From Candidatus Eiseniibacteriota bacterium (GTDB taxonomy: Bacteria; Eisenbacteria; RBG-16-71-46; CAIMUX01; VGJL01), in contig JBHGAY010000012.1 of assembly GCA_041946735.1 (NCBI GenBank), forward strand, positions 1 to 64,000: a stretch of 64,000 nt of DNA, written 5' to 3'. Within the stretch, counting starts at the first letter, position 1, and each line of letters starts with the position of its first letter. The position numbers were made by a program, and so were the translations under genes. Below the pieces are notes generated by a model. The model searched no databases. It was not told the origin of the DNA and saw nothing but the letters and a program-made list of their open reading frames with translations. Shown here one piece after another: positions 43,773 to 54,140 of this stretch.

Positions 43773-43869
43773 GCTTCGCCTCCTTTCGGGGGGGGATTCG
43801 CTCCGGTCTTTCGCTTGGGCGTCCCGAACTGACCCGGCCCGCCTGATCCCGCCGGCCTGATCTCACCGG

Positions 43870-43922
43870 CCTGACCCTGGCCTAGCGTGACCTGACGTGG
43901 CCTGACCTTGACCCTGACCGTA
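43870..43922. repeat. Degenerate 10-11 bp tandem repeats (CCTGAC core)
   Basis: CCTGACCCTGG/CCTAGCGTGA/CCTGACGTGG/CCTGACCTTGA/CCCTGACCGTA. Confidence 0.6.
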
Positions 43923-44092
43923 GCAGCCGGCGTTGCCCCGCGAGCGGGCGAAGGCGGACCGGCCGGCGTCCACGCGATGCTCGCCATCCCCGCCAAGCGC
44001 GCGTTCGCGGGAAACGGGCGTCCGATGGATCGGTTCGCGAGGCGTGTGGCAGACTGCGGGAAACGCGGCGCTCTCGTCCGCCACGGCTTCCA

Positions 44093-44197
44093 TCGAGTTC
44101 GACTCGAGTCCGACGGAGTCCGACGGAGTTCGACGGAGTTCGATTCGAGTTCGATTCGAAGCTCGACTCGAAGCTCGACGCGAGATCGATCTCGATT
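44093..44197. repeat. Degenerate 10-12 bp tandem array (CGAY...GAGTY)
   Basis: About 9 units, e.g. CGACGGAGTC, CGACGGAGTT twice, CGATTCGAGTT, CGACTCGAAGCT. Confidence 0.75.
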
Positions 44198-44281
44198 CCG
44201 TTCCCGTGAGTTGGTTCCCGTTGCGGCCCCGATTCCGCCCGTAGAGAAGCGAGTGAACAGAAAAGCGAGAAGGAGGCGACG

Positions 44282-44800
44282 ATGGGTACGAAGCGACCGA
44301 CGACCGATCCGAAGTTGCAGAACGCAGGAACGCCGATCCCCGGGAGCCGGCTCGTCCGCGCCGCGCGCCCGCTGCTGCCCGCGCTTGCCGCGCTGCTCCT
44401 GTGGCTCCCCGGCTGTGGCGGCGGAGGGGGCGGAGGCAACGACCAGGCGGCGGGCGGCCAGACCGGCGGAGCGACGGAGCAAACGGCGCAGGACACGACC
44501 GGGACGCAGCCGGCGAACGCGGCGCCCACCGTCGAGGCGACGCTGACGGAGTTCACGATCCAGATGCCCGATACCGTTCGCGCGGGGAGCACGCGCTTCC
44601 ACGTCGTCAATGCGGGAACGATGGAGCACGGGTTCCACGTCGAGGGACAGGGGATCGACAAGGCGCTCGCCACTTCCCTCATGGCGGGCCAGATGGCGGA
44701 CCTCGATGTCGACCTCGTGCCCGGCACCTACCGCGTCTACTGCCCCGTCGGCGACCACTCCCAGCGAGGAATGACGCGGAATCTGATCGTCGTCCCGTGA
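44282..44800 (+). CDS. Cupredoxin-domain lipoprotein
   Basis: Lipobox LPGC; type-1 copper ligands H...YCPVGDHSQRGM. Confidence 0.82.
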   Translation: MGTKRPTTDPKLQNAGTPIPGSRLVRAARPLLPALAALLLWLPGCGGGGGGGNDQAAGGQTGGATEQTAQDTTGTQPANAAPTVEATLTEFTIQMPDTVRAGSTRFHVVNAGTMEHGFHVEGQGIDKALATSLMAGQMADLDVDLVPGTYRVYCPVGDHSQRGMTRNLIVVP

Positions 44801-44823
44801 GGCGCCCGGTCCGGCGCAGCCCG

Positions 44824-47274
44824 ATGGCTCGAACGGAGGAGAAGGAGGAGAAGGAGCAGAAAGAGGAGAAGAAGGAGAAGGGGGAGAGGGAAGAGAGGCA
44901 GGAGCGCAAGCAGCGCGTCCTCACGCACGGCACTCCGTCGATGGTTTCGAGCATCGCCGATGCCGTCGTGATCAAGCAGGAGAATCTCTTCTTCCTCACC
45001 CGGCCCGACGGGCGAGTGCCGCTGCGCTCCGACCACGGCCTGGGCCTCTACTTCGACGACTGCCGCTACCTGGACGGCTACGACTTCGAGATCGCCGGAC
45101 AGCGGGCCGTCCCGCTGGTGGCGAGCGCGGCGAACGGGAGCGAGGCCGTCTACGAGATGACGATCCCGGAGATCGGGATCGGGAAGGAGCGGATCGAGAA
45201 GAATTCGATCGGGATCCGCTGGGAACGGCGCCTCGATGCGAGCCTTCCTGCGCTCGAGGACCGGGTCGAGTTCCGCTGCCATCGTGGACGCGCCACGATC
45301 CTTCCCGTCCGGGTCACGTTCCGGGCCGGATTCCAGGACATCTTCATCGTCCGTGGCCTGCTCTCCGAACCGCGGGGCGATCTGCCCCCGATGCGATGGG
45401 AGGATGGCAAGCTCGTGCGACGCTACCGCGGCGGTGACGGGATCGAGCGCGGCGTCGCGATCTCCTTCGATCCGGCCCCGAAGCGGGAAGGATCCCACTC
45501 GGCGCGCTTCGACGTGGCGATCGGCGCTCGCCGGCGCAGCTCGATCCGGATCCGCGTGCAGCTCCTCGAGGATCCCCGGGCTTCGGGCCCCGAGCGGCGG
45601 GACGAAGCAGTGGCGGCGGCCGCCGCGGGCGGATCGCACGAAGCCGCCGGCTCGGGCAAGGCGCGAGGCGACGGCTCCTCCGAAGGCGCCGCAGACCGCT
45701 CCTCCGAAGGCGCCGGAAACGGCAAGGGTGAAGATGCGGTCGCAGCGAGCGGAACCGCGAGGAGGAGGAAAGCCGCGCCGGTCCGGAAGGCGCGGGCGAG
45801 CCCGCCACAAGGGATCCCGGATGTCTCCGTCCGGATCGAATCGGACAGCCTCCTGCTCGCTCAGGTGATGCAACGATCGATGCGAGACCTGCGCGTCCTC
45901 CGCAGCCGCATCGGGGGAGAAGAGTTCATCGCGGCGGGGGTGCCCTGGTTCGCGACGCTCTTCGGGCGCGACAGCCTGATCACCGCGCTGCAGATCCTCG
46001 CCTACGAGCCGGAGATCGCCGAGCAGACGCTCCGCGTGCTCGCCTCCTACCAGGGATCGAAGCACGACGAGTGGACCGACGAGCAGCCGGGGAAGATCCT
46101 CCACGAGCTGCGCATCGGCGAGCTCGCCCGCATGGGGAAGGTGCCTTACCGGCCCTACTACGGGACGGTCGACGCCACGCCGCTCTTCCTGATCCTCCTC
46201 GCTTCCCACGCGGACTGGACGGGCGACCTCTCCCTCTTCCGCGACCTGCGCGAGAACGTCGATCGCGCCATCGCCTGGATCGACGGGCCCGGGGACGAGA
46301 ACGGCGACGGCTATCTCGAGTACGAGAGCCGGAGCAAGGAAGGGCTCGTCAACCAGGGATGGAAGGACTCCGGGGACGCGATCGTCGACGCCCGCGGCCG
46401 CCTCGCGCGCCCGCCGATCTCCCTCGTCGAGGTGCAGGGCTACGTCTACCTCGCGCGCACCGCGATCGCCTCGCTGTTCGAGCGGTCGGGCGAGAAGCGC
46501 CGGGCGGAGGATCTGCGCCGGAAGGCGGAGGATCTGCGGCGTCGCTTCGACCGCGACTTCTGGGTGGAGGAGAAGGGAATCTATGCGATGGCGCTCGAGA
46601 AGGGCTCCGCCCCGCTGGCGGTCGTTTCGTCGAATCCGGGCCACGCGCTCTGGACGGGGATCGCCGATCCCGCAAAGGCGCTCCGGACGATCGACCGTCT
46701 GATGCAGCCCGACCTGTACAGCGGCTTCGGCGTCCGGACCCTGTCGACCGAGGAGACGGCGTACAACCCGATCGGCTACCACCTGGGGACTGTCTGGCCG
46801 CACGACAACTCGATCCTTGCCGCCGGCTTCTGCCGCTACGGAAGGAGGGAGCAAGCGGTCGAGATCCTGTCCGGCTTGCTCCGCGCGGCGATGCACTTCC
46901 CGCACTACGAGCTTCCCGAGCTCTTCGCCGGCTTCTCGAGCCAGGAGTTCCAGGTGCCGGTGCACTATCCGGTCGCGTGCCATCCGCAGGCATGGGCGTG
47001 CGGCGCCGTTCCGTACCTCCTGCAGACGACGCTGGGGCTCCAGCCGGAGGGGTTCGAGCGCAGGCTTCGAGTCGTGCGGCCGATGCTGCCGTCCTTCGTC
47101 GACCGGCTCGTCGTTCGCGGCGTGCGGGTCGCCGGAGCGTCGGTCGATCTGCGCTTCACGAGGATCGGCGGGGGAGAAGCCGCGGGTGGGGAGGGAGGAG
47201 CCGAGGGCGCCTCGAGAGCGGCGGTCGAGACGCTCCGTGTCGACGGGGACGTGGAGGTCTTGCACGAAGCCTGA
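44824..47274 (+). CDS. Amylo-alpha-1,6-glucosidase / glycogen debranching family protein
   Basis: AAGVPWFATLFGRDSLI, EQPGKILHELR, YYGTVDATPLF, NQGWKDS, YHLGTVWPHDN, LPELF, ACHPQAWA; alternative GTG start at 44797. Confidence 0.92.
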   Translation: MARTEEKEEKEQKEEKKEKGEREERQERKQRVLTHGTPSMVSSIADAVVIKQENLFFLTRPDGRVPLRSDHGLGLYFDDCRYLDGYDFEIAGQRAVPLVASAANGSEAVYEMTIPEIGIGKERIEKNSIGIRWERRLDASLPALEDRVEFRCHRGRATILPVRVTFRAGFQDIFIVRGLLSEPRGDLPPMRWEDGKLVRRYRGGDGIERGVAISFDPAPKREGSHSARFDVAIGARRRSSIRIRVQLLEDPRASGPERRDEAVAAAAAGGSHEAAGSGKARGDGSSEGAADRSSEGAGNGKGEDAVAASGTARRRKAAPVRKARASPPQGIPDVSVRIESDSLLLAQVMQRSMRDLRVLRSRIGGEEFIAAGVPWFATLFGRDSLITALQILAYEPEIAEQTLRVLASYQGSKHDEWTDEQPGKILHELRIGELARMGKVPYRPYYGTVDATPLFLILLASHADWTGDLSLFRDLRENVDRAIAWIDGPGDENGDGYLEYESRSKEGLVNQGWKDSGDAIVDARGRLARPPISLVEVQGYVYLARTAIASLFERSGEKRRAEDLRRKAEDLRRRFDRDFWVEEKGIYAMALEKGSAPLAVVSSNPGHALWTGIADPAKALRTIDRLMQPDLYSGFGVRTLSTEETAYNPIGYHLGTVWPHDNSILAAGFCRYGRREQAVEILSGLLRAAMHFPHYELPELFAGFSSQEFQVPVHYPVACHPQAWACGAVPYLLQTTLGLQPEGFERRLRVVRPMLPSFVDRLVVRGVRVAGASVDLRFTRIGGGEAAGGEGGAEGASRAAVETLRVDGDVEVLHEA

Positions 47275-47292
47275 GGCCACGAAGCCTGAGGC
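47263..47292. repeat. Perfect 15-bp tandem duplication spanning the glucosidase stop codon
   Basis: CACGAAGCCTGAGGC twice. Confidence 0.85.
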
Positions 47293-47322
47293 GCTGGCCG
47301 CGATCGGCGCCGAAGAGCGCCG

Positions 47323-47724
47323 TCAGCCTGCCGGCGTGCAGATCTCCAGCAGGACCCCGCCGGTCGTGCGGGGATGGAAGAACTGGATCCTCTTGCCGTT
47401 CGCCCCCGTCGAGGGCTCCCCGATCGGTTCGCAGCCGGCCGCGATCAGCCGCGCGCGCGCCTCGTCGAGATCGTCGACCGCGAGCGCGAGGTGATGGATC
47501 CCCGCTCCCTTCTTCTCGAGGAAGCGCGCGATCACCGAGTCGGGATCCGAAGGGGCGAGCAGCTCGAGATGGCTTTCGCCGACACGCAGGTGGTAGGAGA
47601 GGACCTTCTGCGAACCGACCTCCTCGATCTGCTCGAGCGCCAGCCCGAGCACGTCCCGGTAGACCCGGAGCGCCGCCTCCAGGTCCGAGACGGCGATTCC
47701 GATGTGGTCGACCTTGCCGATCAT
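47323..47724 (-). CDS. mce: Methylmalonyl-CoA epimerase
   Basis: DHIGIAV, LELL.P, GIHHLAL.VDD, FFHPRTTGGVLLE. Confidence 0.94.
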   Translation of the reverse strand: MIGKVDHIGIAVSDLEAALRVYRDVLGLALEQIEEVGSQKVLSYHLRVGESHLELLAPSDPDSVIARFLEKKGAGIHHLALAVDDLDEARARLIAAGCEPIGEPSTGANGKRIQFFHPRTTGGVLLEICTPAG

Positions 47725-47765
47725 GCCGTTCGTCCTCCCTTCGTTGCCCATGCCGGGGGCGCTTC

Positions 47766-49358
47766 TCAGAGGATTCCCGCGTCCCGGTAGGAGCCGAAGA
47801 CCGAGCGGAGACGCCCGCAGATCTCCCCGATCGTCGCATAGGAGCGAACGCAATCGCGCAGGGCCGGCATCAGGCTTTCCCGCCCGCGCGCCGCAGTCTC
47901 GAGCCGCCCGAGCGATCGCTCCACGCGCGCCTCTTCCCGGCGCATCCGCAGGGCGGCGAGCCGCTCGGCCGCCCGCCGCTCCACCTCCGGATCGACACGG
48001 AACTGCTTCGGTCGCGCCTCCTCGCCGGTCACGTAGCGGTTGATCCCCACGACCCCGATCTCGTTCCGTTCAACCGCCGTCTGGTAGGCGTACGCGGACG
48101 CGGCGATCGCGCGCTGGATCCATCCCTTCTCGATCGCCGCGAGAACGCCGCCCAGCGCGTCGATCTTGGCGATCTCCTCCGTCGCGGCCTTCTCGATCCG
48201 GTTCGTCAGGCTCTCGACGTACCACGATCCCCCCAGCGGATCGACGACGTCGGCCACGCCGGACTCTTCCGCGAGCAGCTGCTGCGTGCGCAGAGCGAGC
48301 CGGGCCGACTCCTCGGTCGGCAGCGCGAGGGCTTCGTCGCTCCCGTTGGTGTGGAGCGACTGCGTCCCGCCCAGGACCGCGGCGATCGCTTGCACGGCCG
48401 TCCGCACGACGTTGACCTCCACCTGCCGGGGCTGCAGCGTGCTGCCGGCCGTCTGCGCGTGGAAGCGGAGCATCGAGCTCCTCGGATCCTTCGCGCCGAA
48501 CTCCTCGCGCATGATCCGGGCCCACATGCGGCGGGCGGCGCGGAACTTCGCGACCTCCTCGAAGAGGTTGTTGTGCGCGTTCCAGAAGAACGACAGGCGA
48601 GGGGCGAAGCTGTCGACCGGCAGACCGCGCTCGATCGCGGCGACGACGTAGGCGCGCGCGTTCGCAAAGGTGAACGCCAGCTCCTGCACGGCCGTCGCCC
48701 CCGCCTCGCGAATGTGGTAGCCGCTGATCGAAATCGGATTCCATTGCGGGAGCTTCTGCGAGGCGTATTCGATCACATCGGTGGTCAAGCGGAGCGACGG
48801 ATCCGGCGGAAAGATGAACGTGCCGCGCGCCTCGTACTCCTTCAGGATGTCGTTCTGCACGGTGCCGCCAAGCTTTTCCGGAGAGACGCCCTGGCGCTCG
48901 GCGACCGCTTCGTACATCAGCAGCAGGATCGCCGCGGTCGCGTTGATCGTCATGGAGGTCGTCACGCGGTCGAGCGGGATGCCCTGCATCAGCCGCTCCA
49001 TGTCTTCGAGGGAGTTGATCGCGACGCCGACCTTGCCGACCTCTCCCGCCGCCATCGGGTCGGTCGAGTCGTAGCCCATCTGCGTCGGAAGGTCGAAGGC
49101 GACCGAGAGGCCGGTCTGGCCGTGGTCGAGCAGGTAGTGGAAGCGCCGGTTCGTCTCCTCGGCCGAGCCGAAGCCGGCGTACTGGCGCATCGTCCAGAGG
49201 CGGGAGCGGTACATCGTCGGGTGGATGCCGCGCGTGAACGGATAGCTCCCGGGATCCCCCAGGTCTCGCTCCACGTCGAAGCCGGGCAGGTCGGAAGGAC
49301 CATAGACCGCGTCGACCGCGAACGATGACGTCCGGAACTCCGGTTTCCTCTGGCTCAT
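47766..49358 (-). CDS. Methylmalonyl-CoA mutase, substrate-binding large subunit (no B12 domain)
   Basis: [54 protein letters not shown]. Confidence 0.95.
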   Translation of the reverse strand: MSQRKPEFRTSSFAVDAVYGPSDLPGFDVERDLGDPGSYPFTRGIHPTMYRSRLWTMRQYAGFGSAEETNRRFHYLLDHGQTGLSVAFDLPTQMGYDSTDPMAAGEVGKVGVAINSLEDMERLMQGIPLDRVTTSMTINATAAILLLMYEAVAERQGVSPEKLGGTVQNDILKEYEARGTFIFPPDPSLRLTTDVIEYASQKLPQWNPISISGYHIREAGATAVQELAFTFANARAYVVAAIERGLPVDSFAPRLSFFWNAHNNLFEEVAKFRAARRMWARIMREEFGAKDPRSSMLRFHAQTAGSTLQPRQVEVNVVRTAVQAIAAVLGGTQSLHTNGSDEALALPTEESARLALRTQQLLAEESGVADVVDPLGGSWYVESLTNRIEKAATEEIAKIDALGGVLAAIEKGWIQRAIAASAYAYQTAVERNEIGVVGINRYVTGEEARPKQFRVDPEVERRAAERLAALRMRREEARVERSLGRLETAARGRESLMPALRDCVRSYATIGEICGRLRSVFGSYRDAGIL

Positions 49359-49945
49359 CGTGGTTCCTCTGTCCCTTCTCGTCCGATCCGTTCGAGGACG
49401 AGGAGGAGCGTCTCCCCCTCGACCGTCTCCCCTTCCCGGACCTTGATCTCGCGCACGCGCGCCCGCGCCGGGCTCGTGAGCGCGTTCTGCATTTTCATCG
49501 CCTCGAGGATCACCAGCGGTGCCTCCTCCTCGACGGTCTCCCCCTCGCGCGCCTGCACGGCGAGGACCAGGCCGTGCATCGGCGCGCGCAGCTCGATTTC
49601 GAGATCCTCCCCGATGCCGGCGCCGGCGCGCTCGGACCCCGTGCCTTCCCTCCGCCGGCCGCCCGAAGCGCGCGCCATCGCCGGGTCGAGGATCTCGACG
49701 GTCACCTCGCCGCCGCCGAGCATCACGCGATAGCGGCCGTCCCCTTCCTCGCCGACGTTGACGACCAGCGGGCGCCCATTGAGGAGCAGGCAGCTCTCCG
49801 CCGCGTCCGATTCCTCCACGCCGACGTGGAACTCCTCGCCGTCGACGCGCACCCGCAGCCCGTCGCCGTCCGGCTCGATCCGGATCGCGCGATCGCGATC
49901 GCCGGCGCGAGCGACGAACTGGCGCGGGCCCCGGGGAGCGCTCAT
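49355..49945 (-). CDS. Biotin carboxyl carrier subunit (BT-like plus biotinyl domain)
   Basis: APMHG and EAMKMQN biotinylation motif. Confidence 0.92.
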   Translation of the reverse strand: MSAPRGPRQFVARAGDRDRAIRIEPDGDGLRVRVDGEEFHVGVEESDAAESCLLLNGRPLVVNVGEEGDGRYRVMLGGGEVTVEILDPAMARASGGRRREGTGSERAGAGIGEDLEIELRAPMHGLVLAVQAREGETVEEEAPLVILEAMKMQNALTSPARARVREIKVREGETVEGETLLLVLERIGREGTEEPR

Positions 49946-51561
49946 CGCCAACCCTTCCCGCCTGCCCCAGGCCGGCCGATCCATTTCCAGCTCGAACCCG
50001 AGGCGGGTTGCGGCTCCGTCCCTGCGGCCCCCGCGCGATCGTGCAAACGTCCCTGCCGGCGATAGGCTGCCACGGCCGCCGCCACCACGGCGGAGATCTC
50101 CTCGCGCTCCCGCGCGATCTCGTCGCGGCGGAGATGCCTCTCCAGGAAGCCGGTGTCCGTCTCGCCCGCCTGGAAGAGTGGATGGGCGAGCAGCCAGAGA
50201 TGGAACGGGATGTTCGTGCGGATCCCGGCGATCCGGTACTCATGCAGCGCGCGCAGCCCTCGCGCGATCGCTTCGGCGCGGCTCTCTCCCCAGACGATCA
50301 GCTTCCCGACCATCGGATCGTAATGCCCGGTGACCATCCCCCCCGCGCGGAAGCCGACGTCATTGCGCACGCCCGGTCCCTCCGGCAGTCGGAGAGCCAC
50401 GATCCGCCCCGACGAGGGAAGGAAGCCGCGCTCGGGATCCTCCGCGTTGATGCGGCACTCGATCGCGTGCCCGTGCATCCGGATCGCGGAGGGATCGAGA
50501 TCGAGCCGCTCGCCCATCGCGATCCGGAGCTGCCGGTGCACGATGTCGATTCCGGTCACGCGCTCGGTGACCGGGTGCTCGACCTGCAGGCGCGTGTTCA
50601 TCTCGAGGAAGTAGAAACGTCCGTCGGCGCCGACTAAGAACTCCATCGTCCCGGCGTTCGCGTAGCCGATGCGGCGAGCGAGCGCGACCGCGGCCTCTCC
50701 CATCCGCTCGCGCAGGCCGGGGAACGGCGCCGGGCTCGGCGCCTCCTCGAGCAGCTTCTGATGCCGCCGCTGGATGGAGCACTCGCGCTCCCCGAGGTGG
50801 ACGACCGAGCCGTGCTGGTCGGCGAGGATCTGGATCTCGACGTGGCGCGGGTTCTCGATCCGCTTCTCCAGATAGATCGTCGCGTCGCCGAAGGCGCGGC
50901 CCGCCTCGCGTCGCGCGAGGTCGAGCGCGGCGACGAGCTCGGCCGGGCCCGCGCAGTCGCGCATCCCCCTGCCGCCGCCCCCGAACGCCGCCTTGATCAG
51001 GACCGGGTAGCCGATCCGCTCCGCCTCGGCGCACGCGATCTCCGGATCGGCGGGGAGCTCGTCACTCCCCGGGACGATCGGCAGTCCCTCGGCCTGCGCC
51101 GCCTCGCGCGCGCGCACCTTGTCTCCCATCGCGCGCATCGCCGCCGGCGGCGGACCCACCCAGACGATCCCGGCCGCTTGCACCGCTTCGGCGAACGCGG
51201 CGTTCTCCGAGAGGAAGCCGTAGCCGGGATGGAGCAGCTCCGCGCGGGCGTGCCGGCAGGCGTCGAGAATCCGCTGCGGATCGAGGTAGCTCTCCGCCGC
51301 CGGAGCGGCACCGATCCGATGCGCCTCGTCGGCGAGCCGCACGTGAGGGGCCGAGCGGTCGGCGTCGGAGTAGACGGCGATCCCCAGGCCCCCTTCGTCC
51401 CGCACGGCGCGCAGGATCCGGCAGGCGATCTCTCCGCGGTTGGCGACCAGCACCCGCCGTCCTGCGATCGGACCGGCGGGCGGCGACCGCCGCGCGGCGC
51501 CGCCCGAGGGCGAGCCCGTGCTCGCGTCCCGTCCCGGCGGATCAGAGCGGGATGTTGCCAT
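49942..51561 (-). CDS. accC: Biotin carboxylase subunit of an acyl-CoA carboxylase
   Basis: [53 protein letters not shown]. Confidence 0.95.
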   Translation of the reverse strand: MATSRSDPPGRDASTGSPSGGAARRSPPAGPIAGRRVLVANRGEIACRILRAVRDEGGLGIAVYSDADRSAPHVRLADEAHRIGAAPAAESYLDPQRILDACRHARAELLHPGYGFLSENAAFAEAVQAAGIVWVGPPPAAMRAMGDKVRAREAAQAEGLPIVPGSDELPADPEIACAEAERIGYPVLIKAAFGGGGRGMRDCAGPAELVAALDLARREAGRAFGDATIYLEKRIENPRHVEIQILADQHGSVVHLGERECSIQRRHQKLLEEAPSPAPFPGLRERMGEAAVALARRIGYANAGTMEFLVGADGRFYFLEMNTRLQVEHPVTERVTGIDIVHRQLRIAMGERLDLDPSAIRMHGHAIECRINAEDPERGFLPSSGRIVALRLPEGPGVRNDVGFRAGGMVTGHYDPMVGKLIVWGESRAEAIARGLRALHEYRIAGIRTNIPFHLWLLAHPLFQAGETDTGFLERHLRRDEIAREREEISAVVAAAVAAYRRQGRLHDRAGAAGTEPQPASGSSWKWIGRPGAGGKGWR

Positions 51562-53170
51562 GCTTCTTCGGCGGGAGGGACTGCCGCTTGTTCTCCAGCG
51601 CGCGCAGCGCGGCGCAAAGCCGGGGCCGCGTCTCTCGAGGGGCGATGACGTCGTCGAGATAGCCGAGCGCGGCGGCGACGTACGGATGGGCGAACGTCGC
51701 GTTGTACTCCTCGACGAGCCGCTTCTGCTCGGCGGCCGGATCCTCCGCCTCCTGGATCTGCTTGCGGAAGACGATCTGCACCGCCCCGTCCGCTCCCATC
51801 ACGGCCAGCTCGGCGTTCGGCCACGCCACGTTGTAGTCGGCGCGGATGTGCTTGCTGCTCATGACGTCGTACGCGCCGCCGTACGCCTTCCGCAGGACGA
51901 CCGTGAGCTTCGGCACGGTCGCCTCGCAGTAGGCGAAGAGCAGCTTCGCCCCATGCTTGATGATCCCGCCCCATTCCTGCGCCGTCCCGGGAAGGAAGCC
52001 GGGAACGTCCTCGAAGGTGACGAGCGGAATGTTGAAGGCGTCGCAGAAACGGATGAACCGCGCCCCCTTGATCGAGGAGTGGATGTCGAGCACGCCGGCC
52101 AGATGTTTCGGCTGGTTCGCCACGATGCCGACCGCGCGCCCCTCCATCCGCGCGAAGCCGACGACCAGGTTCTTCGCGAACAGCTCGTGCACCTCGAGGA
52201 AGCTGCCGCGATCGACTACCCGCGTCACGATCGCCCGCACATCGTAGGGCCGGTTCGGCTCGCTCGGAATGAGCGTGTCGAGCTCCGGGTCCTCGCGCGC
52301 GGGATCGTCGTCGATCGGGCCGCGCGGCGGATCCTCCGCGTTGTTGGAAGGAAGGTAGGAGAGCAGGCGCCGGATCGTGACGATCGCCTCGCGCTCGTCC
52401 GCGGCTGCGAAATGAGCGACTCCCGACTTCGTGTTGTGCGTGAGCGCCCCTCCCAGCTCCTCGAAGCTCACCTCCTCGTTCGTCACCGCCTTGATCACGT
52501 TCGGTCCGGTGACGAACATATGGCTCGTCCCCTTGACCATGATCGTGAAGTCGGTGATCGCGGGGGAGTAGACGGCGCCGCCGGCGCAGGGGCCGAGGAT
52601 CGCGGAGATCTGCGGCACGACGCCGGAGGCGAGGGTATTGCGAAGGAAGATGTCCGCGTAGCCGCCGAGAGAGGCGACGCCCTCCTGGATCCGCGCGCCG
52701 CCGGAATCGTTCAAGCCGATCACAGGCGCCCCGGTTTCCATCGCTCGGTCCATGATGTCGCAGATCTTCCGCGCGTTCGCTTCGGAGAGGGTGCCGCCGA
52801 AGACGGTGAAGTCCTGCGCGAACACCCAGGCGGGACGCCCATCGATCCGGCAGGAGCCGCAGATCACCCCGTCGCCGGCGATCTTCCGCTTCTCCATGCC
52901 GAAGTCCTCGCAGCGATGGGTGACGAACACGCCGCGCTCCTCGAAGCTCCCCGGGTCGCACAGCGCCTCGATTCGCTCGCGCGCTGTCAGCCGTCCTTCG
53001 GCGCGCAGCCGCGCCGTCTTTTCGGCTCCGCCCCCCTCCCGCATCCGCTCCTTCCGGAGTCGCAGATCCTGAAGCCGGTCGCGAGGGGGCGGGGGCGGAG
53101 AGTTCGGCGGTGTCGGAGGCTTCGGTGGCGTCGGAGGCGTCGGAGATGTCGGGGGTGTCGCGCTCGCCAT
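51542..53170 (-). CDS. pccB: Propionyl-CoA carboxylase carboxyltransferase (beta) subunit
   Basis: [53 protein letters not shown]. Confidence 0.94.
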   Translation of the reverse strand: MASATPPTSPTPPTPPKPPTPPNSPPPPPRDRLQDLRLRKERMREGGGAEKTARLRAEGRLTARERIEALCDPGSFEERGVFVTHRCEDFGMEKRKIAGDGVICGSCRIDGRPAWVFAQDFTVFGGTLSEANARKICDIMDRAMETGAPVIGLNDSGGARIQEGVASLGGYADIFLRNTLASGVVPQISAILGPCAGGAVYSPAITDFTIMVKGTSHMFVTGPNVIKAVTNEEVSFEELGGALTHNTKSGVAHFAAADEREAIVTIRRLLSYLPSNNAEDPPRGPIDDDPAREDPELDTLIPSEPNRPYDVRAIVTRVVDRGSFLEVHELFAKNLVVGFARMEGRAVGIVANQPKHLAGVLDIHSSIKGARFIRFCDAFNIPLVTFEDVPGFLPGTAQEWGGIIKHGAKLLFAYCEATVPKLTVVLRKAYGGAYDVMSSKHIRADYNVAWPNAELAVMGADGAVQIVFRKQIQEAEDPAAEQKRLVEEYNATFAHPYVAAALGYLDDVIAPRETRPRLCAALRALENKRQSLPPKKHGNIPL

Positions 53171-53301
53171 GATTCTCCTCGAGGTCCGGCCAGTCCCGCA
53201 CCCCGGATGTGCAGCTCGGCCATCGACCGGCCCGGATGCTCCGGGCCGCTTTCCGCCCGGCCCCGTCCGGGAGGCGGAGGGGGCCGATCCGGTAACCGAC
53301 G

Positions 53302-53330
53302 AATGTAGCAATCCGCCGCCGGGCGGGAAA
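53302..53330 (-). promoter_or_regulatory. Possible promoter for the pccB operon
   Basis: TTTCCC-N17-TACATT with TGn extension. Confidence 0.4.
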
Positions 53331-53535
53331 GCGGCGCGCCGGGTCCGGAAGGCCGGGGGAGGGGGCCGGGGGTGTGCTGCGGATCGCCGGCGGCGCGATC
53401 GCTCGTCCCACCGCGCGTCCATGGTGCCGGCCGGCTTGAGACGGCGGAGCAGCCCGCTTACCTTGTGGCGAGCGCCGCCGATCGCGATCGACAGGCGCGA
53501 GACGAGGGATAGAGAACAGGGGATGCGGAGGAACC

Positions 53536-53949
53536 ATGCCCGCTTCGCCGGTCGATCTACAGGACGATGGAGGATGCTTCGTCTGCGGCCGCGAGAATCC
53601 GCTCGGCCTTCGCCTTTCCTGGAGCTTCGAGGAGGACCGCTCGCGCGCGCGCTTCCGTCCGTCCCCGCACCATCAGGGCTGGCGGGGGATCGTCCACGGC
53701 GGGATCCTCGCCGCGCTCCTCGATGAAGCGATGGCGCAGCGCCTGCGCTTCTCGGCGATCCGTGGGGTCACTGCCACCATGACGATTCGCTATCGCGCGC
53801 CGGTGCCGACCTCCACGGAGATCGTCGTCGAGGGATTCCTCGAGGCGGATCGTGGCCGGGCGCTCCGAACGCGGGCCGAGGCGCGAACGCCGGACGGAAA
53901 GCTCGTGGCGGACGCCGAGGGGACCTGCATCCGCAGCCGGGAGGGATGA
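53536..53949 (+). CDS. PaaI family (hotdog-fold) thioesterase
   Basis: [27 protein letters not shown]. Confidence 0.9.
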   Translation: MPASPVDLQDDGGCFVCGRENPLGLRLSWSFEEDRSRARFRPSPHHQGWRGIVHGGILAALLDEAMAQRLRFSAIRGVTATMTIRYRAPVPTSTEIVVEGFLEADRGRALRTRAEARTPDGKLVADAEGTCIRSREG

Positions 53950-54140
53950 GGAGCGCCCGCCCAGCGCTTCCGGGCGCATGGTCCCGGGTCCGTCGGCTTT
54001 GTCGCACAATCTTCCCGAGCCCGCTTCCTCCCCGGCCCGCTTCCCCCCGGAGCGTTTTCCCCGCCACGCCGCCTCGCTTGCGATCCGCCGCGCCCCTCGA
54101 TTAGCCTCGCCTGTTCGTCTCTTCCCTCTGGAGGTCTACC

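Noticed and set aside
44093..44197. Possible CRISPR array (also 36480-36606)
   Set aside because: Units are 6-12 bp, adjacent and without unique spacers; no cas genes are present.
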